Below, piece by piece: positions 44,998 to 54,137 of a stretch of 64,000 nucleotides of DNA (the first letter of the stretch is position 1; the number at the start of each line of letters is the position of its first letter). The stretch spans positions 4,455-68,454 of the forward strand of contig CAZYTL010000007.1 of the NCBI GenBank assembly GCA_964650355.1, in the 5' to 3' direction. The translations under genes and the position numbers were made by a program. The notes below the pieces were generated by a model. That model was not told the origin of the DNA and searched no databases. It saw only the letters and a program-made list of their open reading frames with translations. This stretch comes from an uncultured Gammaproteobacteria bacterium. Lineage in GTDB: Bacteria > Patescibacteriota > Microgenomatia > CAYXHB01 > CAZYTL01.

Positions 44998-45777
44998 TTA
45001 TTTGGTTTGTTCCAGGGTAATGGTGACTTTTTTCTCAAACTCTACCGGGTCGTTAGAAAAAATTGACACGGTTCTGGTGACGGCACCGACTAAATCTTTG
45101 TGCACGTTCGGATCATAATAAACTCTTAGAATAGCCTGATCGCCTGGGGCAATGGCCACTTGCCAGTCGGTGGGATTATCCTGGCCATGACCGGGCATGG
45201 TAAAAGTCGGACCTTCCTGGCCATGATAAACAATGGCTCCTGAGGTGCACCCGCAGGAAGAGCTAAGTTTGTTGATGACCAAATTTGTTTTGCCCTCATT
45301 GGTGAATTGAAAGTCGGTATGCACTTTCCCCTGCTTCTGGCTAACCGTGCCCAGGTCTCTTTGCGTTTCACTCATGGTAATTTTGGGGGCGTCCGCAGGC
45401 GCCTGAGCAGCCAGGAATTGTTTGATATTCGCCTGGTCAATGGAATAGGTTAAACGTTCTAGCCCGAATTCTTTAGCGGTAGCCAATATCACATCCTGTT
45501 CTGATTTACCCGATTCTACCTGCTGATCAATGTAGTTGGTCATGTCGATCATGTCCTGACAACAGGGTTCCTCTTTGTTTAAAGGCTGACCGCAGCAGGG
45601 GCAAGTGAATTTAGGGTAAATGTCTTTAGCTAGTACGGGTTTAACAATTTGTAAGGCTGAGTGGGCATCTCCTTGAGAGGAAAAGTTGAAGGTGACAGCT
45701 CGTCCGCTGTTGGAGATAATTAACAGCGCTAGGATCAAGGCGGTGATTTTCCAGATGGGGGTGTTAGTTAGCTTCAT
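44998..45777 (-). CDS. membrane-anchored protein with a Cys-rich metal site and a C-terminal DUF1573 domain
   Basis: CPCCGQPLNKEEPCCQD, and a C-terminal LSSSCGCTSG DUF1573 motif. Confidence 0.55.
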   Translation of the reverse strand: MKLTNTPIWKITALILALLIISNSGRAVTFNFSSQGDAHSALQIVKPVLAKDIYPKFTCPCCGQPLNKEEPCCQDMIDMTNYIDQQVESGKSEQDVILATAKEFGLERLTYSIDQANIKQFLAAQAPADAPKITMSETQRDLGTVSQKQGKVHTDFQFTNEGKTNLVINKLSSSCGCTSGAIVYHGQEGPTFTMPGHGQDNPTDWQVAIAPGDQAILRVYYDPNVHKDLVGAVTRTVSIFSNDPVEFEKKVTITLEQTK

Positions 45778-45808
45778 TTGAAATACGGCGGAGACTTAAC
45801 CATAAATT

Positions 45809-46798
45809 CTACACTCCACAGCCACCGCCTCCGGATTGTACCTGAGGCAGGGACTTGATTTTCTTTCTGGTGGCGGCGTAACCCTGTCCGCTGGAGTAAT
45901 CAGCGCTTAGGGCCAATTTAGGATCAACCTGATTCCATTCCTGACCCTGTTCTTTGAAGTAGGTGGCCAAGTCCAAATAAGTTTGGGTAAACCAATAGCT
46001 ATTGACCGCCAAGGCGGTTTGATACATTTGATCTTTAGATGCGCCTTGGCTGGCCATTAGTTCCAGCAATCCCAACATCGCCATGCCGTGGTTGCAGTCC
46101 GGGAAATGAGTGCTGTTGCCGCAACAAGGTCGGTAAATGTTTTGAGAGACTTCGTCAACTAAGGCCTGTTGCTGGCTGGTTAAGGTAATGAAGGTATGTT
46201 TGCTGTAATGCTGCATGACATCGCCTTTGGCCAAGGTCCACCCACCGGTGGAAGCGAATTTGTCTGCTCCCCCGTAGCGGGGATCGGACATTTCTCCCTG
46301 GGTGAGAATGGGATTTTTGTTGCCCAAACCCAAAGCCCAGAAGAGGTCTAGGAGAAATCGGGAATTCTGCTGGTCGATTTTAACTGGTTGATCCCATTTT
46401 CCAGTAAGCATGGCTTCCTGGTCTTCCGGTAATTGGCCATTAAATAGTTGACGGAATTTGGTGACGTCAATTACGCCGGCATTGACCATTTGTTTGCCTA
46501 AATCACCCCAAGTAATGGGTAAAGTCACCCCTGCTTCCGGAGCTACTTGGGAAACTAAGGAGTTGACGTCAACTGGTGGCGATGGAGTAGGGGACAGGTT
46601 GTTGGTGGCGGTTTTGTTGGCCGTCTGAGTAGTCCCCTCTTTGGGTACGATATTTATTTCCAGTTGATAACGCTGGCTAAAAAATAAATAGGCTAACAAC
46701 AATCCACTGACTACCATCCAAGTGCTGGGTTTGTTCCATAAACTGGCCATGGGTTTAGGCGGCAATTCTTTTGGTTGGTCTTCGGACTTCTTATTCAT
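45809..46798 (-). CDS. membrane-anchored hypothetical protein with a CCGNSTHFPDCNHG Cys/His cluster
   Basis: N-terminal TM. Cys/His cluster and a C-terminal GGGGCGV. Confidence 0.4.
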   Translation of the reverse strand: MNKKSEDQPKELPPKPMASLWNKPSTWMVVSGLLLAYLFFSQRYQLEINIVPKEGTTQTANKTATNNLSPTPSPPVDVNSLVSQVAPEAGVTLPITWGDLGKQMVNAGVIDVTKFRQLFNGQLPEDQEAMLTGKWDQPVKIDQQNSRFLLDLFWALGLGNKNPILTQGEMSDPRYGGADKFASTGGWTLAKGDVMQHYSKHTFITLTSQQQALVDEVSQNIYRPCCGNSTHFPDCNHGMAMLGLLELMASQGASKDQMYQTALAVNSYWFTQTYLDLATYFKEQGQEWNQVDPKLALSADYSSGQGYAATRKKIKSLPQVQSGGGGCGV

Positions 46799-46959
46799 AA
46801 AATTTAATATTTTTAATTGTCCAGCAGTCTTTTATTTAATATCAAATTCGATTTCTTGAATATATTTATGGATGAAACCTAAACAAATTGCAAGAGGTAA
46901 TTTTTTACCTTACTAGAGGTGGTGGTATACCAAGGAGTAGTTTATCTGGCTATTAGATA

Positions 46960-47688
46960 TTAATAGCCAGGATATTTTTTTCCTTCGAGGGTTTCCCTGA
47001 TGTATTTTTCAGGATCGAATTCGATGTTAAAAACTTGTTTTAAGATGATTTTGGCAATGTAGGCGTTTCCCAACTGGTTGGGATGTTGCAGATCAGGCTC
47101 CCCGGCCTTGATGCCCTCTAGCGGATTGGCCTCGGACTGGAAAGTAAAAAACTTTTCCGTGGGGTATTGTTGGTAAAGGTTAAACATGTCGATTTTAAAG
47201 AAATTTTCCTGGTCAGGGATTTGCATCATGGCTTGAGCATAAGGTTTATATTCAGGATTTTTCTTAGAACCTTTGCCGGCCGGAGTGGAATTGCACCAAA
47301 TCAATTTTGAACCACTTTCTGTAACCAATTCTGAAATCCGTTTGATATTGGCTACGGATTGTTCAACGCTGACACCCATTACCGGATCGTTCCCGCCCAT
47401 CAAACCAATTACCAATTGGGGGTTAACCAAGAGCAGGTCGTCAATTCTTTCTAGAATGTCTTTGGTGGTGGCTCCGTCATAGGCAAAATTAAAACCCTTG
47501 ATCCCCCACTCTGCTGTTTTCCAATCCCCTTTTAGTAAAGCGGTTAATTCTTCTTGCAGCACGTAAATCACCATGTCTCTCCAGTTGGGATGCACCCATT
47601 CACAACTGGTGATCGAATCACCGGTAAACACAATCCAATACTTGCCTTTAACGAGTAGACTGGCACTAATGTCTGTTAACTGGATCAT
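46960..47688 (-). CDS. SGNH/GDSL hydrolase family protein
   Basis: GDSIT block I (VFTGDSITS) and GGND block III. The start is trimmed to MIQLTD to remove overlap with the cupin gene. Confidence 0.6.
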   Translation of the reverse strand: MIQLTDISASLLVKGKYWIVFTGDSITSCEWVHPNWRDMVIYVLQEELTALLKGDWKTAEWGIKGFNFAYDGATTKDILERIDDLLLVNPQLVIGLMGGNDPVMGVSVEQSVANIKRISELVTESGSKLIWCNSTPAGKGSKKNPEYKPYAQAMMQIPDQENFFKIDMFNLYQQYPTEKFFTFQSEANPLEGIKAGEPDLQHPNQLGNAYIAKIILKQVFNIEFDPEKYIRETLEGKKYPGY

Positions 47689-47693
47689 ATGTT

Positions 47694-48062
47694 TTACTTT
47701 AATATGTGATCGGCCAATTTCCAACCCGGTTGGGAATAACATTTAACCCAGGTTTCATCGCCTGCTGCCCAGTGGACTTGTCCTGGCTCGATAACTATTT
47801 CTTCGCCTACTTTTAATTCGTGTTTCTGATCGTCAATAATCAAAGTTAACTTTCCTTTGATCACTTTATATGTTTCTTGGCTTTGCTGATGAACATGAGG
47901 TGCGCTTTTGTCGATTACTGCCACAGCCAAACTATACTCGGGATGATCGGTTGCCGGCTTAACCTCACAAATAATTTCCGTGGGGTGATGTTCGTCATTT
48001 TTGACAATTTCTGCTTGAGGATATTTTTCTCTTAACTCTCCTACAACTAATTTGGTGTTCAT
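47694..48062 (-). CDS. cupin domain protein
   Basis: Two-His cupin motifs (HVHQQSQETYKV ... GQVHWAAGDE). Confidence 0.5.
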   Translation of the reverse strand: MNTKLVVGELREKYPQAEIVKNDEHHPTEIICEVKPATDHPEYSLAVAVIDKSAPHVHQQSQETYKVIKGKLTLIIDDQKHELKVGEEIVIEPGQVHWAAGDETWVKCYSQPGWKLADHILK

Positions 48063-48130
48063 GATTAAGAAATTTTCTTATTGCCTCAATGTGAGTTGTT
48101 AAATGTTAAGTAATTTGGGGTGATCATTAA

Positions 48131-48505
48131 CTATTCAGTTGAAGTATAAAATGAAATCAAATACCCATCCGGATCCTTGATAGTAAACTCTCTGTCTCCC
48201 CATGACTTGGTTTCGATTTTATCTACAACCGGGGCCTTTTCACTGATTTGCTTCCACTTGCTGTCAACGTCGTTAACTTGAACGAAAAATTGCACCCCGG
48301 ATCCGCCAAGGTTTCGAGAGCGAAATTTTTTATTACTTGCTCTGCTAACCACCAGCATTAATTTTTGGTCGCCGATGAAGATCGGGGCGTATGTAGGGTT
48401 TTGTTTGTTGGGAAACAAATTACCCAGTCTAAAATCTAAAATCTTGGTGTAAAACTTAACAGATTTTTGTAAATCTGATACGTAAATCAGGGGTTCAAGT
48501 TTCAT
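48131..48505 (-). CDS. VOC/glyoxalase-bleomycin resistance family protein
   Basis: MKLEPLIYVSDLQKSVKFYTKILDF is a typical beta-alpha-beta-beta-beta VOC start. Confidence 0.5.
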   Translation of the reverse strand: MKLEPLIYVSDLQKSVKFYTKILDFRLGNLFPNKQNPTYAPIFIGDQKLMLVVSRASNKKFRSRNLGGSGVQFFVQVNDVDSKWKQISEKAPVVDKIETKSWGDREFTIKDPDGYLISFYTSTE

Positions 48506-48513
48506 ATCAATCT

Positions 48514-48741
48514 TTATCCAACAAATTTAAACCTGGGCACCTGCTTACCTTTCACTTTAACTTTTTCAAGGAACATCTTTAGAGGTCTTATCCATAAGGC
48601 TTGCGGGCCAAACTCCTGACTGTCGTACAGAGCCTGATAGACCACCAACTCCTCCAGGGTTTCACTATGACGGGCTACACCAATCACTTGGTAAAACTTA
48701 CCCTTGTAATGCTGATATTTGCCTGATTTTATTTTTTTCAC
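48514..48741 (-). CDS. DUF1653 family protein (GTG start)
   Basis: KYQHYKGKFYQVIGVARHSETLEELVVYQALY matches DUF1653. The GTG at 48741 follows the stop of the upstream gene directly. Confidence 0.5.
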   Translation of the reverse strand: MKKIKSGKYQHYKGKFYQVIGVARHSETLEELVVYQALYDSQEFGPQALWIRPLKMFLEKVKVKGKQVPRFKFVG

Positions 48742-48742
48742 T

Positions 48743-49249
48743 TTATCCGGCTTTCTTTTGTTGATAAAACAGTGTTTCAATAGGCTGCAAGTCAGTCTTT
48801 GGTTCGTGACTGGAAACAGATTCGATGATCTGGCCTGCTTCTTTGTCTTCAAACATAATCACCCATTTACCCGGGTGCGTATTGAATCTGCATCCCGGGA
48901 AGAGCATATGATGATGCCAAGATTTGCCTGCTTCATTTAATTGTTGGGCCTTGGTTAAAATTTTAGCTGCTTGAGCAGAAGGCTGATCACTTTCAACTTC
49001 TACTTGAGAGTCTTTTACCACATCTCCGCCGTGCAATAATTTCACCAACTCCTTTCCAATATTCATATAAGGCTCGTCCGAATAACGAACAAAGGTCTCA
49101 TTATCTGAAGTATTTTCTAAAACCAAAGCGTAATTTTTTTTATCATTCAACTGACATTCAGGTGTCAAAATATGAAAATGCCACTGTTTGCCAGATTCCG
49201 AAAACTGCTTTGCCTTCGATTTAACTTCCTTTATTGTGACCGTCTCCAT
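48743..49249 (-). CDS. internally duplicated His/Cys-motif protein (putative metal-binding), immediately downstream of copB
   Basis: Two copies of a module of about 75 aa: ESGKQWHFHILTPEC... and EAGKSWHHHMLFPGC... Confidence 0.45.
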   Translation of the reverse strand: METVTIKEVKSKAKQFSESGKQWHFHILTPECQLNDKKNYALVLENTSDNETFVRYSDEPYMNIGKELVKLLHGGDVVKDSQVEVESDQPSAQAAKILTKAQQLNEAGKSWHHHMLFPGCRFNTHPGKWVIMFEDKEAGQIIESVSSHEPKTDLQPIETLFYQQKKAG

Positions 49250-49292
49250 TTCTTTTATTCTACCTTAAACTACGACTTAAATCTCCTATACG

Positions 49293-51512
49293 CTAGCTCA
49301 CCTCCAATTTGGCTTTGCGCAGGCTCAGGGCGTTGATGACCACGATCACTGAAGACAAACTCATGAGTAAAGCCCCGACGGCAGGGGTTAACCTGAATCC
49401 CCAGGGAATAAATAAGCCTGCGGCTGAAGGGATAGCCAGCACGTTGTAACCTATTGCCCAGAAAAGGTTTTCTACCATTTTGCGATAGACTTTCCGGGAG
49501 AGGACAATCAAGCGCACAATGTGTTGAGGATTGCTTTGGGTAAGCACCAAGTCGCCGGCTTCCACGGCCACGTCTGTGCCGGCGCCAATGGCTACTCCGG
49601 CGTTCGCCTGAGTCAGGGCAGGGGCATCATTAACTCCGTCTCCGGCCATGAGCACCACATTGCCCTCGTCCTGCAGTTTCTTAATGTGTTTGTATTTGTC
49701 TTCGGGCAAAACTTGGGCAAACACAGTATCAATGCCCAATTCTTTAGCCACGGGTTGGGCGGCGGACTGGGTATCGCCGGTCAGCATGGCCACTTTGACT
49801 CCTAGTCTATGTAGTTCCTCAACCGCGGTGCGGGATTCTTCTTTAATCTGATCGCTTAAGGCAATTACTCCTAAAATTTGTTTTTGGTCAGCCACAAATA
49901 CAGGAGTTTTTCCCCCGGCTGCCAGATCTTTCAATACTGATTCGACCTGGTCGTTCCATAATCTATGTTCCTGCATCAGAGTTTGGTTGCCGATCAAATA
50001 GGGTTGTTTGCCAATGACGGCATGAATACCTTTGCCGGCCAAATTCTTAAACTTACTGACTTTCTTGAGTTTGACACGGTGGTCTTTGGCATATTTAACA
50101 ATGGCTAACCCGATTACGTGCGATGACTGCTCTTCCAAGGACGCTGCGATTTGTAAAATTGAATTTTGCGTTTTAGTTAATTTTTGATTTTTCTGTTTAA
50201 TGTTTATAACTTCCGTGACTCCGAATTCTCCTTTAGTCAAGGTTCCGGTTTTATCAAACACCACATAATCGGCGTCTTTGACCACTTCGATCTTGGCCAT
50301 GTCTTTGATGAACACCCCGTTGTTAACTGCCAGTTTGGTGGCGATGGTGGACACGGTGGGAATAGCCAAGCCCAGAGCATGAGGGCAGGCGATCACGAGT
50401 ACGGTAATTGCCAAGGTGATGGCGAAGACTAGAGGCTGGCCGATAATCACTGACCAAACGAATAAGGCCAGGATAGAGACAGACAAAGCTGAAAAAGTTA
50501 ACCATTTGGCTGCCCTGTCAGCTAATTTTTGCGCCGAAGGTTTGGTTTGTTGGGCAGTAGTAATCAGTTTTTGAATCTGGCCGATGGTGGAGGACTCCCC
50601 TACTCTTAAGAGCTTCACTTCTACGGAGCCGTCAAGGCTGATGGCTCCGGCCACCACTTTCGCTCCTTTGCCTTTTTCCACGGGTTTTGATTCGCCGGAA
50701 ATATGGGCTTCGTTAAAGTTGGCTGATCCTTTGACGATTTGGCCGTCAGCCGGAACTTTTTCTCCGGGTTTGATTAACACCACGTCTCCTGTTTTAAGTT
50801 TCTCCAGCTCAACTTCTTTAACTCCTTTGGGTGTCTTCAAATGGGCTTGTTTCGGTAGCAGTTTGGCCACTTCCTGGAGGGCATTTCCGGCGGCGGTGGA
50901 TGATTTGGCCTCCAGAAAATGCCCGAACAACAATACCCAGATTAAAGTAGAAATCTCTAAATAAAATTCCACGTTCAAAGCGGGAATGAAAGTCGAGGCC
51001 GCTGAAAACAAATAACCGGCACCCACACCTAATGAGACTAAGGTCATCATGCCGTATTGTTTGGCCATGATTTCGTGTCTGGCGTGTTGGAAGAAAACCA
51101 AACCGAAGTAGAAAATGGCTGTAGCAATGGCAAATTCTAAATAATGCCGCCCGGAAAAGTCAGGGGCGTGCAAGTATTTGACTGCCGGAGAGCTAAACAA
51201 AGCCAAAGGCACCAATAAGAAGGTAACAATAAAAAATCTGCTGAGGAAGTCCTGGGCAGCGCCAGGCCCGGACATCATACTGTCATGATCATGCATAGCA
51301 TGGTCATGATGCAGATTTCCGCCATGGTCAGCGTGTTCCATGTGGTGCTGATGGTCGCCGGCAGAATTTTGTGCTTTCACTAAATCCATGCCGCACTGTG
51401 GACACTTTCCGGGTTTGTCTGACACGACTTTGGGGTGCATGGGGCACGTGTATGCCTGATCTGCATAAGTCATATCCGTATCTGACTCTATGTGGCCTGG
51501 ACAACAAGACAT
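49293..51512 (-). CDS. copB: copper-translocating P1B-type ATPase, CopB-like (CPH subtype)
   Basis: N-terminal CPMHP...CPQCGM metal-binding domain and a His-rich stretch. TM motif CPH (ACPHALGLAIP). DKTGTLT, TGD and GDGVNDAP motifs. Confidence 0.85.
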   Translation of the reverse strand: MSCCPGHIESDTDMTYADQAYTCPMHPKVVSDKPGKCPQCGMDLVKAQNSAGDHQHHMEHADHGGNLHHDHAMHDHDSMMSGPGAAQDFLSRFFIVTFLLVPLALFSSPAVKYLHAPDFSGRHYLEFAIATAIFYFGLVFFQHARHEIMAKQYGMMTLVSLGVGAGYLFSAASTFIPALNVEFYLEISTLIWVLLFGHFLEAKSSTAAGNALQEVAKLLPKQAHLKTPKGVKEVELEKLKTGDVVLIKPGEKVPADGQIVKGSANFNEAHISGESKPVEKGKGAKVVAGAISLDGSVEVKLLRVGESSTIGQIQKLITTAQQTKPSAQKLADRAAKWLTFSALSVSILALFVWSVIIGQPLVFAITLAITVLVIACPHALGLAIPTVSTIATKLAVNNGVFIKDMAKIEVVKDADYVVFDKTGTLTKGEFGVTEVINIKQKNQKLTKTQNSILQIAASLEEQSSHVIGLAIVKYAKDHRVKLKKVSKFKNLAGKGIHAVIGKQPYLIGNQTLMQEHRLWNDQVESVLKDLAAGGKTPVFVADQKQILGVIALSDQIKEESRTAVEELHRLGVKVAMLTGDTQSAAQPVAKELGIDTVFAQVLPEDKYKHIKKLQDEGNVVLMAGDGVNDAPALTQANAGVAIGAGTDVAVEAGDLVLTQSNPQHIVRLIVLSRKVYRKMVENLFWAIGYNVLAIPSAAGLFIPWGFRLTPAVGALLMSLSSVIVVINALSLRKAKLEVS

Positions 51513-51524
51513 ATGAATAGTTGA

Positions 51525-51803
51525 TCAAGTGGTTTTGGAAACCCGGGTATAAACTTTAAGCAATTCTTTGATGGCCTTTTTGGGCTGCTTGACGAACTGC
51601 TGCTTAACATGGGTACGCAAGTGATGATCCAGGATTACGGTATTCAAACTCTTTAAAGAATTTTGGATGGCAAAACTTTGGTCCAGGACGTTAATACAAT
51701 ATTCATCCTGATCGATGAGTTTGTAAAGTCCATCCAGTTGGCCCTTGAGAATGTTGATGCGTTTTTGAATGGAGTGTTTATAAGCATCGGTAGTCTGATT
51801 CAC
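51525..51803 (-). CDS. csoR: CsoR/RcnR-family metal-sensing repressor (GTG start), upstream of copB
   Basis: QKRINILKGQLDGLYKLIDQDEYCINVLDQ....LDHHLRTH. Cys and His ligand positions conserved. The csoR-copB operon arrangement is canonical. Confidence 0.7.
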   Translation of the reverse strand: MNQTTDAYKHSIQKRINILKGQLDGLYKLIDQDEYCINVLDQSFAIQNSLKSLNTVILDHHLRTHVKQQFVKQPKKAIKELLKVYTRVSKTT

Positions 51804-51814
51804 GAATATACCAT

Positions 51815-51875
51815 ATACCCCCTAGGGGTATCTTGTCAAACTGTGCTTGACATCGTATAGGGGCGGGGGTATATT
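51815..51875. promoter_or_regulatory. divergent csoR/csoR2 control region: palindrome ATACCCCCTAGGGGTAT plus G-tract TATAGGGGCGGGGGTATA inside a TTGACA-17-TATATT promoter
   Basis: The C/G-tract pseudo-palindromes resemble known CsoR operators. -35 TTGACA at 51847-52, -10 TATATT at 51870-75, ATG at 51883, so likely leaderless. Confidence 0.45.
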
Positions 51876-51882
51876 GCAATTT

Positions 51883-52149
51883 ATGCAGCATTCGCATCAG
51901 GACCGTAAGCATGAGACGATTAATCATATTAACCGCATCCTGGGTCAGTTAAAAAGCCTGAAAAATTATGTTGAAACAGACAAAGACTGCGAGCAAATAG
52001 CTTCTCTGACCACCTCTGTTTCCAAATCATTCAGTACCCTGCGGGCCAGAACCTTAGAAGGCTTTATTTTAAATGAAATAGCCACTAAAGATACTCAGAA
52101 AAATAAAATAGAACAATTGAAAAGATTAATGAATTTATATAAAAAATGA
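51883..52149 (+). CDS. second CsoR/RcnR-family regulator (divergent)
   Basis: INRILGQLKSLKNYVETDKDCEQIASLTTSV fits the DUF156/CsoR fold pattern. Start moved to the ATG at 51883, downstream of the promoter. Confidence 0.55.
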   Translation: MQHSHQDRKHETINHINRILGQLKSLKNYVETDKDCEQIASLTTSVSKSFSTLRARTLEGFILNEIATKDTQKNKIEQLKRLMNLYKK

Positions 52150-52793
52150 AATATAAGCTGATAATTATTGCGGGAGTGGCAATCTTGCTGGGATTTGCTG
52201 GCGGTTATTTTTTGAAGCCCGACCAAATATCCCGCACTGAAGTTGAGCCCCAGACTAATAATCCCCTACTCTCACCTTACTCAGGCCAAGAAACACGAAC
52301 GATTAAATCCCTGTCTCAACCCGAAATTGAAGGCTTATTGGCGGGCGAAGGTACTCCGTTTGGCGGTATGGCTAAGCTGGCAGAACTAAACGGCTATCCT
52401 GGTCCCCGACATGTGCTGGATATGAAAGACGAACTGGGGTTAACTGAGTCCCAAACCAACGCTGTCGAGAAATATTTCCAGGAAATGAAATCGGAGGCGG
52501 TTAAACTAGGCACGCAAATCATAGATAAAGAGATCCAACTGAACACTGACTTTGCCAACCACAAAATTACTGAAGACAGGCTAAAGAGCGGCATTGATGA
52601 AAGCGCTAATATTTATGCCGCTTTAAGGTTTGTTCATCTTAAATATCATTTAGCCACTATGGGCATCTTAAACGAAGATCAAATTGCCAAGTACAATGAA
52701 CTAAGAGGATACACAGGATCAACCAATCCCTGCAATCATGTTCCTGACGGGCACGACCCGGAATTATGGAAAATGCATAATAACTGTCCTTGA
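52146..52793 (+). CDS. LTXXQ-motif (CpxP/Spy/ZraP-like) periplasmic protein with a C-terminal Cys/His cluster
   Basis: Signal/TM, an LTESQ motif, and CNHVPDGHDPELWKMHNNCP at the C-terminus. ATGA overlap with csoR2. Confidence 0.45.
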   Translation: MKYKLIIIAGVAILLGFAGGYFLKPDQISRTEVEPQTNNPLLSPYSGQETRTIKSLSQPEIEGLLAGEGTPFGGMAKLAELNGYPGPRHVLDMKDELGLTESQTNAVEKYFQEMKSEAVKLGTQIIDKEIQLNTDFANHKITEDRLKSGIDESANIYAALRFVHLKYHLATMGILNEDQIAKYNELRGYTGSTNPCNHVPDGHDPELWKMHNNCP

Positions 52794-52896
52794 ACAAATG
52801 AGTTTTCGTCCCTCCATCTTCGCCTTTTGGTAAGGCTCGTTGCTTGACTCTGGCACTAAAAATAATTAACCTGGGGTTAGGGAACGAGAGAAAGAT

Positions 52897-53838
52897 ATGG
52901 GTAAAAAACATAAATCCGTGAATACCGAAGCAGACAAAGTGGCCATTATTGGTTGCGGAAACGTAGGAGCGACAACTGCTTTCACTTTGTTGATTGAAGG
53001 GATTGCCAACGAGCTAGTACTGCTATCCAGAACCAAAGAAAAGGCGGTGGGGGAAAAACTAGATCTGGAACACGGACTGCCTTTTCTTGAACACACCAGG
53101 ATTATTGCCACCGACGACTACCAGGATATTGTTGGTTCGGATGTGGTGGTGATTACTGCCGGCATCAAACAAAAACCGGGCCAGACCCGGCTGGATGTGG
53201 CTGGTCAGAATACTAAAATCATCGAAACCATCATTCCTCAAATTCTCCATCATGCCCCGGATGCGGTGATCGTGATTGTTTCCAACCCGGTAGATGTGCT
53301 TACCTACAAAGCCGCAACTATTTCTAAAGGGCACCAAGGTAAAATTTTTGGTACAGGCACTACCTTGGATACTGCCCGTTTCCGCTTTCATCTGTCTGAG
53401 TTTCTCAAAGTAAATCCCAGGAGTATTCATACTTACATCCTGGGGGAGCATGGAGACAGTTCATTTCCTGCTCTGTCCAACGCCACAGTCGGAGGACAAC
53501 CGATCGCCGGATTTCCTAACTACTCAAAACAAAAGGCTGAGGAAGCCTTCAAAAAAGCCCAAACTGCTGCCTACAAAATCATCAACGCCAAAGGCGCCAC
53601 TTTTTACGCCATCGCAGTTGTGGTTGCCAGAATCGTGGCTAATGTCCTCAGGGATTCGCATAGCGTGCTTCCGGTTTCAGTGCCCCTCACCGATTACTAT
53701 GGTCATAGCGGGGTTGCTTTAAGCGTGCCCTGTGTGATTGGCAGAAACGGCATTGAAAAAGTCATCCATCTGCCTCTCTCTACTACTGAACGGAAATTAC
53801 TCACCAAATCAGTCCACACCCTCAAGAAATATCTCTGA
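52897..53838 (+). CDS. ldh: L-lactate dehydrogenase
   Basis: KVAIIGCGNVGATTAF NAD-binding motif, QKPGQTRLD (Gln102 gives LDH specificity), LDTARFRF, and catalytic His in ILGEHGDS. Confidence 0.85.
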   Translation: MGKKHKSVNTEADKVAIIGCGNVGATTAFTLLIEGIANELVLLSRTKEKAVGEKLDLEHGLPFLEHTRIIATDDYQDIVGSDVVVITAGIKQKPGQTRLDVAGQNTKIIETIIPQILHHAPDAVIVIVSNPVDVLTYKAATISKGHQGKIFGTGTTLDTARFRFHLSEFLKVNPRSIHTYILGEHGDSSFPALSNATVGGQPIAGFPNYSKQKAEEAFKKAQTAAYKIINAKGATFYAIAVVVARIVANVLRDSHSVLPVSVPLTDYYGHSGVALSVPCVIGRNGIEKVIHLPLSTTERKLLTKSVHTLKKYL

Positions 53839-53909
53839 AGAACACTTGAAACTAATTAGCTTCCGACTTTTTATCCTAGCATTTGTTATCTGCGGATGAA
53901 CATTAATTT

Positions 53910-54134
53910 ATGCCGAATGACATCATCACTTACGCAACTTTGACTTGCCCTCAGTGCGGTCACGAGCAGTCTGTAAGTATGCCTACAAATGCTTGCCAAT
54001 ATTTTTATGAGTGTGTAGCTTGTCACGCCAGGCTGGCTCCCAAACCAGGTGATTGTTGTGTGTTTTGCTCTTATGCAGATCGAAAATGTCCGATTAAGCA
54101 GAAAGAAGCGCTTGATGAAGGAGAGGCTGGATAA
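53910..54134 (+). CDS. small Cys-rich GDCCVxC-motif protein (zinc-ribbon-like)
   Basis: CPQCG, CVACH and GDCCVFCSYADRKCP. Confidence 0.5.
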   Translation: MPNDIITYATLTCPQCGHEQSVSMPTNACQYFYECVACHARLAPKPGDCCVFCSYADRKCPIKQKEALDEGEAG

Positions 54135-54137
54135 GAT

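Noticed and set aside
49521-50964. + strand ORFs (60-126 aa) inside copB
   Set aside because: They are antisense to the P-type ATPase.
52394-53451. Minus-strand ORFs overlapping the LTXXQ gene and ldh
   Set aside because: They are antisense to well-supported + strand genes.
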